A stretch of 40,046 bases of DNA from contig NC_057720.1 in assembly GCF_004010195.1 (NCBI RefSeq), positions 14,000,363 through 14,040,408 on the forward strand, written 5' to 3'. The notes under the pieces are model-generated. The model saw only the letters and a program-made list of their open reading frames with translations, ran no database searches and was not told the origin of the DNA. Made by a program: the position numbers and the translations under genes. This DNA comes from Chiloscyllium plagiosum. Lineage: Eukaryota. Below are positions 22,831 to 35,309 of this stretch, piece by piece (position 1 is the first letter of the stretch; every line of letters begins with the position of its first letter).

Positions 22831-23057
22831 TCAGGCCAAATTTTCCAAGGAATGGTAATCATAGACAGAATCCCACTCCTCTCCCACTTTTTTTATGTTA
22901 AGAGCTCCACACATCTGGCAGGAGATTTTGATCGTGGATCAGATAGAAATTCAATAGGACCATACTGTCAATCATGTCCGAGTCTTCGCGCACAAGGTAG
23001 TCAGGGAAGTCAAGCCTTGCCCCCTCTTTTCACAGCAGTAGTTGCTATACTCTGATT

Positions 23058-24470
23058 TCTTTTTATTCATTCATGGGATGGAGGTGTCATCAGCCAGGCC
23101 AGCGCTTTTTGCCCCTCCCAGTGGGCAGTTAAGAGTCAACCACATTAAGACAAAGAAACAATGAACAATACAGCACAGGAACAGACCCTTCAGCAGTCCA
23201 AGTCAGTGCCAACACATTTAGCCCTTCCATACTAAAACTGTCCTCACTTACAGGATCCATATTCCTCTATTCCCTTCCTATTTATGTATTTGTCCAGGTG
23301 CTTCTTGAATGCTGCTACTGTGTCTGCTTCCACCATCTCCTCTGGCAGTGTATTCCAGGCACTCACCACCCTTTGTGTGAAAAACGTACCTTGCACATCT
23401 CTTTAAAACTGCCTCCCCCTGCCCCACACCTTAAACCTGTGTGCTCTAGTGATTGACCCCTCCACCCTGGGAAAAAGCCTTATAAATTCCACTCTCTCCA
23501 TGTCATTCACAACCATATAAACTTCTGTTAGGTTGCCCCTCAATCTCCTGCGTTCCAATGAAAACAAACCCAGTCTATCCAACCTTCCTTCACCGCTAAA
23601 ATCCCCCATATCAGGCAGCATTCTGGTAAACCTTTTCTGTACCTTCTCCAAAACATCCACATCCTTCTGGGAGTGTGGTAACCTGAACTCGAAGCATTAT
23701 TCCAAGTGTGGCCTAGCTTCAGTTTTATAAAGCTGCAGCATAACTTGTCTATCCACATACTCAATACACATTCCAATGAAGAGAGGAATGCCATATACAA
23801 CCTTATTACCTTTATACAACCTTTTTACAACCTTATATACCAGCGCTGTCACCTTCAGTGAATTTGTGGACCTGCACACCCAGATCCTTCTGCACATCAA
23901 TACACCTAAGAGTTCTGCCATTCACTGCATGATTTCCACCTGTACTCGACATTCCAAAATACATCACCTCCCATTTTCCCGGATTAAATTCCATCTGCCA
24001 TTTTTCTGCTCATGCCGCCGACTGATCTGTATCCGCTGACAACCCTCCTCACTATCCACAACTCCAACAATCTTTGTATTGTCCGCAAACTTACGAATTA
24101 GACCAGCTACATTTTCCTCCAAATCATTTATGTAGATCATGATCAACAGAGGTCCCAGCACTGATCCCTGAAGAACAACACTAGTCACAATCCTGAAAAG
24201 CATCCTTCCACCCATTGCTGTGGGTCTGGAATCACATGTAGGTCTGATGAGATAAAGGTGGCAGATTTCCTTCCCCAAAGGACACTGGTGAATTAGATAA
24301 GTTTTTTCGACAATTGGCAATGGATTCATGGTCATTGTTAGACTCCCAATTCCAGATTTATTGAATTAAAATTCCACCATCTATCATGGCAGGATTCAAA
24401 CTCAGGTCACCAGAGCATTACCAGGGTCTCTGGATTAATAGTCCAGTGATAATAACACTGGGCTATCATC
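23058..24470 (-). mobile_element. tRNA-derived SINE (6001-type) split by a CR1 insertion
   Basis: ...AAGAGTCAACCACATT at 23131-23146 resumes as CATTGCTGTGGGTCTGG at about 24213. Confidence 0.88.
23147..24209 (-). mobile_element. 5'-truncated CR1 LINE (RT C-terminal half)
   Basis: LQGSVLGPLLIMIYINDLEENVAGLIRKFADNTK and LEKVQKRFTRMLP...LERRRLRGNL in frameshifted ORFs. Confidence 0.95.
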
Positions 24471-24499
24471 ATACTTATTTAAATGCCCAGCAGCCTTTC

Positions 24500-24670
24500 C
24501 TTCCTTTCACCTGGCACTATATGCTGTACACACACGGCATCAAGGTACTGCACTCATATGGCACTTTACCCACCTGGCACTCTACTCAGTGGGCACCTCA
24601 ACTATCTGATACTGTAACACCTTACTTAACCTGGCACACAATTCACCTGGCACTCTAACCTAACACGTAC
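24500..24670. repeat. Degenerate minisatellite-like tract with a recurring (C/A)ACCTGGCAC unit
   Basis: CACCTGGCACT at 24508, 24571 and 24644; AACCTGGCACA at 24628; further GGCAC partials. Confidence 0.55.
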
Positions 24671-24939
24671 CCTACATAATTACCCTTTCTCAGCAGCTGT
24701 CAAAGTGGCTGTCTACGTTCCCAGACAGTTACCAATGAACTGGTCATTCACTCAATTTCTGTCTTACTGTGTGCAAACCAGCAATAGACAAAAGGTGCAG
24801 GAGTAGGCCATTCGACCCTTCGAGCCAGCACCACCATTCATTATGATCATAGCTGATCATCCACAATCAGTATCCTGTTCCTGCCTTATCCCCACAACCC
24901 TTGGTTCCATTATCTTTAAGAGCTCTATCCATCCCTTTC

Positions 24940-27900
24940 TTGAAAGTATCCAGAGACTTGACCTCCACTGCCTTCTGGGGCAGAGCATTCCATACACCCA
25001 CCACTCTCCTCAACTATATCTCCTCAACTCTATTCTAAATGGCCTACCCCTTATTTTAAACTGTGTCCTCTGGTTCGGGACTCACCCATCAACAGAAACA
25101 GACTTCCTGCCTCCAGAATGTCCAATCCTATAATAATCTTCTACTTCTCAATCAGATCCCCTCTCATCCTTCTAAACTCAAGTGGATACAAGCCCAGTCA
25201 CTCCAATCTTTCAACATATGATAGTCTCGCCATTCCAGGAATTGATCTCGCGAACCTATGCTGCACTCCCTCAATAGCCAGAATGTCCTTCTTTAAATTT
25301 GGAGACCAAAACTGCGCACAATATTCCAGGTGTGGTCTCACTAGGGCCCTGTACACCTGCAGAAGGACTTCTTTGCTTCTATACTCAATTCCTCTTGTTA
25401 TGAAGGCCAGCAAGCCATTAGCTTTCTTCATTGCCTGCTGTACCTGCATGCTTGCTTTCATTGACTGGTGTACAAGAACACCCAGATCGCGTTGTACTTC
25501 CCCTTTACCTAACCTGACTCCATTTAGATAGTAATCTGCCTTCCTGTTCTTGCCACCAAAGTGGATAACCACATATATCCTCATTAAACTGCATTGACCG
25601 TCCACTCACCGAGACTGTCAAAGTCACCCTGTATTCTCATAACATCCTCCTCACATTTCACCCTGCCACCCAGTTTTGCATCATCAGAAAATTTGCTAAT
25701 ATTACTTTTAATGCCTTCATCTATATCATTGATGTATATTGTAAACAGCTGCGGTCCCAGCACCGAACCTTCTTGTATCCCATTAGTCACCGCTTGTCAT
25801 TCCAAAAGGGACCCGTTTATCACTACTCTTTGCTTCCTGTCAGCCAGCCAATTTTCAATCCAAGTCAGTATATTGCCCCCAATACTATGTGCCATAATTT
25901 TGCTCACTAATCTTCAATGTGGGACTTTATCAAAGATTTTCTGAAAGTCCAGGTACACTACATCCACTGGCTCTCCCTTTTCCATCTTCATAGTTATATC
26001 CTCAAAAAATTCCAGAAGGTTAGTCAAGCACGATTTCCCCTTCATAAATCCATGCTGACTCTGACCTATCCTGTTATTGCTATCCAACTGAGTCGTAATT
26101 TCATCTTTTATAATTGATACTAGCATTTTTCCCACCACTGACGTCAGGCTAACAGGTCTATAATTCCCTGTTTTCTCTCTCCCTCCTTTCTTAAAGAGTA
26201 GGACAACATTAGCCATCCTCCAATCCGCAGGAACTGATCCTGAATCTATAGAATATTGGAAAATTATTTCCAATGCATCCACGATTTCTCTGCCACCTCC
26301 TTGAGTACCCTAGGATGCAGAACAACAGATCCAGAGCACTTTATCAGCCTTCAGACCTAACAGTCTATCCAACACCATTTCCTGCCTAATATAAATTCCC
26401 TTCAGTTCATCCTTCTGCCACTATTACATCTGGGAGATTGCTTTGTCTTCCCCAGTGAAGACAGATCCAAAGTATCTATTCAACTCTTCTGCCATTTCCT
26501 TGTTCCCCATAATAAATTCACCCATTTCTGTCTTCAAGGGGCCAATTTTAGTCTTAACCATTTTTTTTTCTTTTCACATATCTAAAAAAGCTTTTACTAT
26601 CCTCCTTTATACTTTTGGCCAGTTTGCCTTCGTACCTCATTTGTTCTCTGAGTATTGCCTTTTTAGTTATCCTCTGTTGCTCTTTAACAGTTTCCCAGTC
26701 CTCTGCTTCCTGCTTATCTTTGCTAAGTTATACTTCTTCTCTTTTATCTTTATACAATCCTTAACTTCCCTCGTTAGCCACGGCTGCTCCTGCCTCCCCT
26801 TAGGATCTTTCTTCCTCTTTGGAATGAACTAATCCTGCACCAGAAATACCTGCCATTGTTGTTCCACTGCCATCCCTGCTAGAGTATTGAACCATTAAAA
26901 TTTGGCCAGCTCCTCCCTCATAGCTCCATAGTTCCCTTTGTTCAACTGCAAAATTGACACTTCCAATTCTCCCTTCTCCCTCTCAAATTGCAGATTAAAA
27001 CTTATCATATTATGGTCACTGCCTCCAAATGGCTCCTTTACTTCAAGGTCCCTGATCAATTCTGGTTTATTGCAGAACATCTGATCCAGAATTGCCTTCT
27101 CCCTGGTAGGCTCCAGTTCAAGCTGTTCTAAGAATCCATCTCGGAGGTACTCCACAAACTCCCTTTCTTGGGGTCCAGTACTATCCTTATTCTCCCAGTC
27201 TACCTGCATGTTAAAATCCACCATAACAACTGTAGCAATACCTTTGCGACAGGCCAATTTCAACTCCTTATTCAACTGACACCCTACACCCAGAGTACTG
27301 TTTGGGGGCCTGTAGACAGAACAAAGAACATAGAACAGCGAACAATACAGCGCAGAACAGGCCCTTCGTCCCTCGATGTTGTGCCGACCTGTGAACTATT
27401 CTCAGCTCGTCCCCCTACACTATCCCATCATCATCCATGTGCTTATCTAAGGATTGGTTAAATCTCCCTAATGTGGCTGAGTTGACTACATTAGCAGGTA
27501 ATGCATTCCACGCCCTTACCACTCTCTGCGTAAAGAACCTGCCTTTGATATCTGACTTAAATCTATCACTCCTCAATTTGTAGTTATGCCCCCTTGTACA
27601 CGCTGACGTCATCATCCCAGGAAAAATACTTACACTGTCTACCCTATCTAATCCTCTGATCATCTTGTATGTCTCTATCAAATCCCCCCTCAGCCTTCTT
27701 CTTTCCAATGAGAACAGACCCAAGTCTCTTCGCCTTTCCTCATAACACCTTCCCTCCAGCCCAGGCAACATCCTGGTAAATCTCCTCTGCTTCTTTTCCA
27801 ATGCTTCCACATCCTTCCCGAAATATGAGGACCAGAACTGTACACAATATTCCAAGTGTGGCCGCAGCAGCGTTTTGCATAGTTGCAGCATGATATTGTG

Positions 27901-28340
27901 GCTCCGGAACTCAATCCCTCTACCAATGAAACCTAACACACCATATGCCTTCTTAACAGTACTATTAAGCTGGGTGGCAACCTTCAGGGATAACTCCCAT
28001 TAGGGTCTTTCTACCCTTAGAATTTCTCAGCTGTATCCATACTGACTCTACATCTCCTGATTCTATGTCCCCCCTCGCAAGGGACTGAATATCATTCCTC
28101 ACCAACAGGGCCACCCCACCCCTCTGCCCATCAGTCTGTCCTTTTGATAGCACGTATAGCCTTGAGTATTCATTTCCCAGGCCCTGTCCATATCTCAGTT
28201 ATCCCCACAACATCGTACCTGCCAATTTCCAATGGAGCCTCAAGCTCATCCACCTTATTTCTTATACTTCATGCATTCAAATCTAATATTTTTAATTTGT
28301 TACTCGCCTCACCCTTCCTATCTATCCCTATTTCACTTGA
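24940..28340 (-). pseudogene. CR1 ORF2 (APE endonuclease + reverse transcriptase), disrupted
   Basis: RGGVALLVR, VMVDFN, GGSDHNMISF, NYRPVSLTSVVGK, QHGFMKGKSCLTNLLEFF, YLDFQKIFDKVPH, GSVLGPQLFTIYIND, KFSDD; many stops and frameshifts; ends approximate. Confidence 0.92.
27318..27988 (-). mobile_element. 5'-truncated CR1 nested in the endonuclease domain of the full-length CR1
   Basis: ORF 27415..27939 is a CR1 ORF2 C-terminus; (AGAACAT/A)n tail; splits the host GVI/YRPP motif. Confidence 0.93.
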
Positions 28341-28467
28341 CCATGCTATATGATCCCTTCTTGAGTTTTCTGTCCGTTGATTCTGTTGTCTTTCTTAACT
28401 TCTCTTATTCTCACTTTCCCTTTAACTTCCTTCTTAAATTTCCAGTTTGTCCCCTTCCCCCCACTAC

Positions 28468-29366
28468 TTAGTTTAAACACCCCTGTGTTGCAGTGGCAAA
28501 CCTACCTGCCAGAATGCTGGTCCCCTGCCTATTAAGGTGCAACCCGTCCCTCTTGTATAATTTATCCTTACTGCAAAACATATCCCAGTGATCCAAGAAT
28601 TTAAATCCTTGCTTCCTGCACCAGCCCCTCAGCAACACATTCAAGTCCATTATCTCCCTGTTCCTGCCCTCTCCAGGAACTGTAGGCAAACCGGAGATAA
28701 CCACTGTGGAAGTCCTGCTTTTCAGCCTTCTTCCGAGTTGTCTGACGTCCCGCTGTAGAATGTCCCTCCTCTTCTTCCCGACATCATTTGTGCCGACATG
28801 CACCACCCACCTTTGGCTCTTCACCTTCGCCCTTAAGGATTCCCTGCACTCAGTTGGTGACGTCCAGGAAGGCAACACACCATCCTCAAATCCCGCCTGT
28901 TGCTGCAGAAACCCCTTTCAGTCCCTCTCACTATGAAGTCCCCTATTACCACGGCTCTGCATGATGTCTGACTCCTCGGCTCTGCCTCCATGCCAATTTT
29001 TGATTGGTAGACCTGTCCGCCTCTCGGACTGGCAGTGTCGTCTGTCTCGACAGCTTTCAAGAGTTAACCCACTCACGAGAGGTACTTCCCCCATGCATGT
29101 GAATCATCTCTTCCTTCCTCATCGTCATCTCCCTTCTCTCCTCTGGTATGCTCGGTGTAATGACCTCACTGAAGGTCCTGTCCAGAAAAATTCCCGTTCT
29201 CTCGGATGAGCCTGAGGTCATCTAATTCTTTCTTCAGTGCTGCAACATTCTCCTTCAGAAGCTGAATGTGTACACACTTTCCACAGCTATAGGAGCCAGA
29301 GACACCATCAGTGTCCCTGACCTCCCACATCATGCACGCAGCACACTGAATCAGCTTGGCAGTCAA
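28468..29366 (-). pseudogene. CR1 ORF1 (zinc finger/leucine zipper + SGNH esterase-like), disrupted
   Basis: CAACMMW...CGKC followed by heptad LKENVAALKKELDDL; VVIGDFIVRG, VVHVGTND and RDGLHLN match SGNH blocks. Confidence 0.9.
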
Positions 29367-30467
29367 GTCTTCACTCTCTTCAAACTGTGGCGTAATCTCC
29401 TCACTCAGCCACTTCACCGAAGACTCCTGAGCCAAAGACTCGCACTTTTCATTGTCAGGCACTTCCCTCTGTGGACTCTTAATTGGGTTAGAGGAGGCCT
29501 TACTGTGTAGGACCTGGGGCCTAGAACACACCTACTTAAATAGCACTCAGTAACCTTCCCAACAGCCTCTGTGCTCCGACCTCACTTCCGCCCAGCCCCC
29601 GCTGCTCTCTGCTGCAATAGTAGGAGTCACAATATAATTCATTTTATGAAAAGCCTTTCTGCTTGTTTCTGAGAAACATAATAAAGTGTACAATGGAAAT
29701 AACTTGCTTGCATCAGTTAAATAAAGGTAGACGTATGATACAACAGGTGGTGACCACACCTCTGAGCCAGAAGCTGCTGTGTGAAATTCCACCCTGGAAA
29801 AGTGCATTCATAATGTGACCTCAACAAAGCTGTGAATCAACTTGTAAATCCTTCCACACGTACAAATGGTGGGTGGTAAAAATGCAAGAGTTTTCAGGTC
29901 TACTAACTGATGGAAAGAAACAGGGGTTTCTACAATCACAGTCCATAGCTCCAGAGTAGAACATGAATGAGAATCTGTGCATTGTTATTGCAACTTGGAC
30001 TCCTTTAGAGGTCGGTTGGCTCAGTTGGCCAGATATCTGGTTTTAGATCAGATAGGTGCCAATCACAGTGGGTGTGATTCACTGCTCTAGCTGAAGTGGA
30101 TTTAAAACCTGGTCCCTTTCCCTACCAATTGGCGGAAATTATGACATTTTCATTTGTACTTCCCTCTTAAGCAGAGAAATGAAGAAAATCAGTTAACTAG
30201 ACAAAATGCACGTGTTAACATTCCACTTTCTTAGAATATCTACAAGTGCTTCTATTTGGGTTGAACATCGCTGGCAAGACCAGCATTTATTGTCCATCAT
30301 AATTACACTCAGGAAGGTATAGGTGAGCTGCCTTCTTGCACCTCAGTTATTCATGTGATGTAAGTACACCCACAGTGCATCTAGACAGAGAATTTTAGGA
30401 ATTGAAATTGGCAATGGATTCATGGTCAAATAGTTCCAAGTCAATATGTGGTTTGTGATTTCGCTGG

Positions 30468-30700
30468 TGTAATGATTATCAAAGGTCAGCCAGGTATTCC
30501 TCATAGAATATGAGTTCCCTGATTGGGGTTGATAACCACGTCCACTCAGGGAGTCTTGGCGACAGAAATAAACAGGAGTGTCAAACATTCTGTTCACTTT
30601 GGGAGTTGGCTCTGAGAGAGTGGATCAGTGTCAGGGACTCTCCACGTGTCAATAAAGGGTGACTTGTTGATGGGATACTGGCCTCTGTGGAATTATTTCA
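30468..30700 (+). repeat. 5' LTR
   Basis: TG...CA termini; shares CCTCATAGAATATGAGTTC and TAAAGG-TGACTTG-TGATGGGATAC with 33890-34118. Confidence 0.9.
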
Positions 30701-30777
30701 GTGGCAATGAGAGAAAAAAATACGCTCCTGAAGAAACTCGCTCATAAAAGCTGTCTTTGAGTTGAATTTATGGCATC

Positions 30778-33560
30778 ATGCCATAATTTGTGAAGCTTGA
30801 CTCATTCAACCCTGCCCTTGAAGACTGGGCCCAGCATATAGAAAGGATGTGCTATTTTGTCTGGGCAAATGAGATTGGAGCAGATGAAAAGCAATGAGTA
30901 AGTCTCTTTACAGCTCGTGGAGCAACAGCTTTTTCAGATATAAGGAGCCAAATGTTTCCTGAGGCACCGGATACTAAAACATTTCAAGAGTTTATGGAGT
31001 TAGTTAAAGAATATTATGACCCCAAGCCTCCTCTAAATTTGAAACACTTTGAATTCTACTCAGCAGTTTGGGAAACAAGGAGATTCCGTATTGGGATTTT
31101 TGACAAGGTTAAGACGACTGGGCAGAGGCATGTGACTTTGGTTTAACCCTTAATGAGATGCTGAGAGATTGTTCTGTATGTGGGATGAATGATGGAACCA
31201 TGCAAAGGCGCCTACTAGTGGAAGCCCAACTGGACTTCAAGCAGGCACTACAACTGGCTTTATCATTGGAAAATGCGGCAAGTTACAGGGTATGCAGATG
31301 CCAGGCTGAATGAACTTGGGGAATGCCACTTGAGTGAAAGCAATTGCACAGCCTCACTCAGGCCATATCCTGAACACAGGGACTCTCAGTCAGCCCACAG
31401 CAAAACCCCAAAACACAGCAAGCCTTGGCCAAACGGTTAGTGTTTTCTTCAAGACCTGGGCCATTGTAGTTGCTGCCAAGATACAGGCTTGAGACAGGAA
31501 AAGAGTCCCACTAGGCCTGAATGGAGTAAGAGAACTCATTGGCTGGTATCCTGGTTTGGAGCGGTTAAATTGCTCAGCCACATCCAAATCAGATCCAATC
31601 AAAATAAATATCTGGTTAAATGGTCATCTGGTTCTACTGGAGGTTGATACCAGCATGGCCGAATCAGTGATAACAGAACCAGTCTTTAATAAGATTCAAT
31701 CTGAACTCCAATCCTTACCTTTGGCTAGACTGGGAACTTTTACAGATTAAGGGTACAACTTTGGTTCTAGTCTCACATGAGAAGCAGCTGGTTCAGTTAC
31801 CACTGATTGTAGTAAAAGGCTCCCACATCTGTACCGAAGCTTAGATTTTCCCTTGGACTGATGAAATATTGCAGAAGGTTCATACTTAACTTAGCTTCCA
31901 TTCTGGCACCTTTACATCAACTCTTAAGAAAGAGACAGACTTTGAAATGGTCACGTAGTCACGACATGGCCTTCAGGGAAATGAAGAAAGACCTGTCATT
32001 GTCCATCGGCACACTATGATCCCAAGCAAGATCTGGTGCTGACACACGATGCTTCCCAGTATGGTATTGAGACAGCCCTGACTCACAGATGGCCCAATGG
32101 AGGGGGACGTCCAATAGCACATGCTTCCCGGACTCTGGCTGATGCAGAGCACAAATACACCCAGATAGGAAAGGAAGGTTTGGCGGTCATCTTTGGTGTG
32201 AGAAAGTTCCACCAGTACCTTGACAAAAGAAAATTTTTAATAGTAACTGAGCACAAACCCCGGCTAGAACTACTCAAAGAGGACAAGGCTGTGCTGCCCA
32301 GAGATTCAGGCTGAATTCAGCAGTGGGCTCTTATTCTGACTGTATCCAATTACAAGTTGGAACACAGTCCAGGAGCCAAGGAGCAAGCATGGATGCCTTG
32401 AGCTGCCTTCTACTAACAGATGGACCACCAGTGGTGATGCCACTAGAAGAATCTATTCTGGTTTTAAACTTTCTCGACTCCCTTCAGATCACAATCGACA
32501 AAATGTAAAAAGATCTGATCCTGGCAAAACTAAAACAGCTGATGATGATGGGGGAAAACAAAAGGGCCATCACAACCAGAACTGAAACCCAGTAAGACCA
32601 GAACAATGTTGAGTACAGTATGTTATTACAGGGAGCTAGAGCAATTGTCACAAGCAAAGGTCATCAACAGCTATTGGCTGAACTCCACCAGGGTCATCCA
32701 GGGGTGTCCAAAATGAAGATGTTAGTGAGACGTTATGACTGGTGGCCAAGATTGGATACAGGCATTGCCACATTAGTGGGCCTGTGCCCACAGTGTCAAC
32801 AAGGGCATGAATTACTGCCAACAGCTCCCCCATGTTAGTGGGATTGTTCGGGTAAACTCTGGACTCAGTTACATGTCGAATATGCCAGCTCTTTCATGGC
32901 CTCAGCATTCCTTGTCATTGTGGATGCCCACTCAATGTGGTGGGACGTGCTTAGAGTTCATTTATTCAAACCACGATAGAAAAGCTGTGAGCATCTTTTG
33001 CAATACACGGACTCCTGGAAGAGTTGGTCACAGGTAACGGGCCATCATTTACCAGCAGGCAATTCAAGCATTTACCAGAATCAGATGGTATTTGGCTTGT
33101 AAGGACAGCTCCATACTATCCATCGTCCAACAGTCTGGCAGAAAGAGCAGTCCAAACTTTGAAGGTAGGCTTAAAAAAACAGGCTGCAGGTTCACTTGAT
33201 ATAAAACTGTCCAGTTCCAGTTTATTAATCAGGCCACCCCGTATGCCACTACAGGGATAGCTCCAGCAGAGTTGCTAATAGGAAGGAGACTCTGCACCAG
33301 GTTAAACCTGATCTTCCCAGACCTGGGAGGGTGGAGGGGGAGGTGAAATCGCATCAGGAATGCCAATGTTGGATCCAAGACTCCTTGAAGTGACAAAGAC
33401 GGTTTACTTCAGGGGATGAAATTTGGTGCTGAAAGCACAGAAATGGCCCTCAATGGGTCAGAGGAATGGTCAACATGTAGTCAGGTCTCGTGGCATACAA
33501 AGTTCGGGTAGATCTGGTGGTGCTGATCAAGCATGTAGACCATTTGAAAGCTGTGAACTC
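30778..33560 (+). pseudogene. Gypsy gag-pol remnant
   Basis: gag EDWAQHIERM...PDTKTFQEFMELVKEYYDPKP; protease LEVDTS; RNase H DASQYG...RPIAHASRTL...KEGLAVIFGVRKFHQYL; integrase HQGHPG...CPQCQ and GNGPSFTS...PSSNSLAERAVQTLK. Confidence 0.9.
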
Positions 33561-33889
33561 ACAAATGAGGCAAGAGTAAAACATAACCACCCCATTAGCA
33601 TAGCCGGAAAGGCTGTCAGAAACCATGGGTTCTCCCCCTCTGTCTAGCATCAAAGAAATTTCGGAATCTGGGATGGACATGGTGGATCTCGTAGTTTCAA
33701 TGTCTTTACCATCTGAAAAAGAGGATGAATTTCTTCTGACGCTACAGGTGCAAGAGGGGGGCTACTGTCTGGTACATGCTGCCCATTGCCAAGGCTGAGT
33801 TGGAGGAACTAGACCCTGTGCAAAAATGCCCCTGGAAAGGCTAAAAGAAAAAGTACAGACCCACCTCCCCAGAATCAGAGGGGGAGAGA

Positions 33890-34118
33890 TGAAGTGATTG
33901 TAATGAGCTCAACCAGGTGGACCTCATAGAATATGAGTTCTCTAATTGGGGCTATTAACTTGGTCCAATCAATGAGTCCTGGCTGACAGGAGTGTCAGAG
34001 TTTCTGTTCACTCTGAGAGCTGGGCTCTCAGGAAACCAGACCAGTGTCAAGTACAATGCACTGTGTTATATAAAGGTTGACTTGATGATGGGATACTTGC
34101 TTCTGTGGAGTTACTTCA
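33890..34118 (+). repeat. 3' LTR
   Basis: Directly follows the PPT; TG...TTCA; homologous to the 5' LTR. Confidence 0.9.
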
Positions 34119-35059
34119 GGAGGTGGTGGTGGTGTTCTCACATATCTGCTACTCTTGTCTATCCAAATTGCCCAGTTAGCGTGTTTTGGAGATGTGACTG
34201 ACGAAGCCTGAGTGAGCTGCTGCAATGAATCCAGGACAAACTGTCGCCATGGTACCCTGTTAATGGAGTGAGTGAATGTTTAAAATGGTGGATTGGTGAT
34301 GATCAAATGGCTGGTTTGGCCTGGAGGGTGCTGAGGTCTTAGGTGGTTTTAAGTCAGTGTAAATGGTATGAATTTGAAAGTATTATTAAAAAGTAATATT
34401 TTGCAGGGCAATACTTTCCATATTTATGGAAAATGTATTTTGTATGATAGTCATATTTAGTATGATGACATCTACATGCATGTCACAAATTTGAAATGCC
34501 TATGTTGCTAATCACAAACTTATAACATTGAATCTTTAGTCCTGTTAACTTGACGCTATTTTAAGACTGGGCCTCTCAAATTGACCGTGTTTTGACATCT
34601 TTTTTATAAGGACCCATTTCCTAACACCAGGTGTGGTTGTGAGATTTTTAATATCTATCCTTCACCGCATATTGCCACAGAACTGCAGCTGGATCCTATT
34701 GTACAGCTGCTCGCCGTGGTGCCAAAACACATCACAAGTGGAAAGCCTGGCAGAGGATAAAAGGTTCTATTTTTTTTCCTCTCATTTCTGGCTTAGTTCT
34801 ACCAATTGTTAACGGTCGAATCGTTACATTCAACTAGCAGGTCAGTTTGGCCTGGTAATTCCGCTGGGGTCTTTCTTATTCATGCCTTTGTCTTTTCTTC
34901 CAGAGGTGTCGTGATGTATTTTTGTGAGGAAGCAATTGCGCTTCAGTCCCTCGCTAAATGCTCCTTATTTATGCGGGAGCCATGAGAATGAATGTTGATT
35001 ATAGAAGACAATCTTACCCTCACTGAGCAGTTGTATTTCCTCAAATTAGCAACGTGCTC

Positions 35060-35240
35060 TGAATCGACATGATCTTGGCAGCCACTCCAATGCAGTTATA
35101 CAAGGGCGTTGTACAGTTAATCATGCACCATCGATTACTCGAGACCAGGGTATAGGGCGTCTTCTCAGTTTGGTATAAAAGATCCTGTACCATTATTTCA
35201 AAGAAGACTCCTTGGTATTTTGCTTGGAGTCCTGGCTTGC
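35060..35240 (+). mobile_element. Highly degenerate Deu-domain (DeuSINE) remnant
   Basis: CTCAGTTTGGTATAAAAGATCCTGTACCATTATTTCAAAGAAGA...GTCCTGGC resembles the recalled Deu core. Confidence 0.45.
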
Positions 35241-35309
35241 ATGTCTTCCTCAATTGACATGACTACAACATTATCTAGTCATTCCCTTAGTTCTGAATGT
35301 GGGACATGC

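Larger units (their letters stand above)
24788..29613 (-). mobile_element. Full-length decayed CR1 LINE (5'UTR-ORF1-ORF2-3'UTR) with GCAATAG TSD
   Basis: Collinear ORF1, endonuclease and RT motifs; GC-rich 5' end; GCAATAG at 24781-24787 and 29614-29620. Confidence 0.93.
30468..34118 (+). mobile_element. Gypsy LTR retrotransposon (Mag/K02A2.6-like), decayed, RT core deleted
   Basis: Two LTRs, PBS-like TGGCAATGAG (30702-30711), PPT AGAGGGGGAGAGA (33877-33889), and gag, protease, RNase H and integrase remnants in Gypsy order. Confidence 0.93.
30250..34350 (-). mobile_element. CR1/L2-group LINE 3' fragment (same family as 5936-7090) split by the Gypsy element
   Basis: CCAGCATTTATTGTCCATC tail at about 30280; TAGTTCCAAGTCA...GCTGG | GGAGGTGGTGGTGGTGTTCTC is collinear with 6465-6520. 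Confidence 0.72.

Noticed and set aside
24788..34118. Active or domesticated retroelement proteins (CR1 ORF1/ORF2, Gypsy gag-pol)
   Set aside because: All frames carry multiple stops, frameshifts and altered catalytic motifs; no long preserved ORF suggesting domestication
34887..34990. Strong-looking splice acceptor TTTGTCTTTTCTTCCAG
   Set aside because: The downstream frames I checked close quickly and no clear donor follows; a non-coding exon cannot be excluded without RNA data
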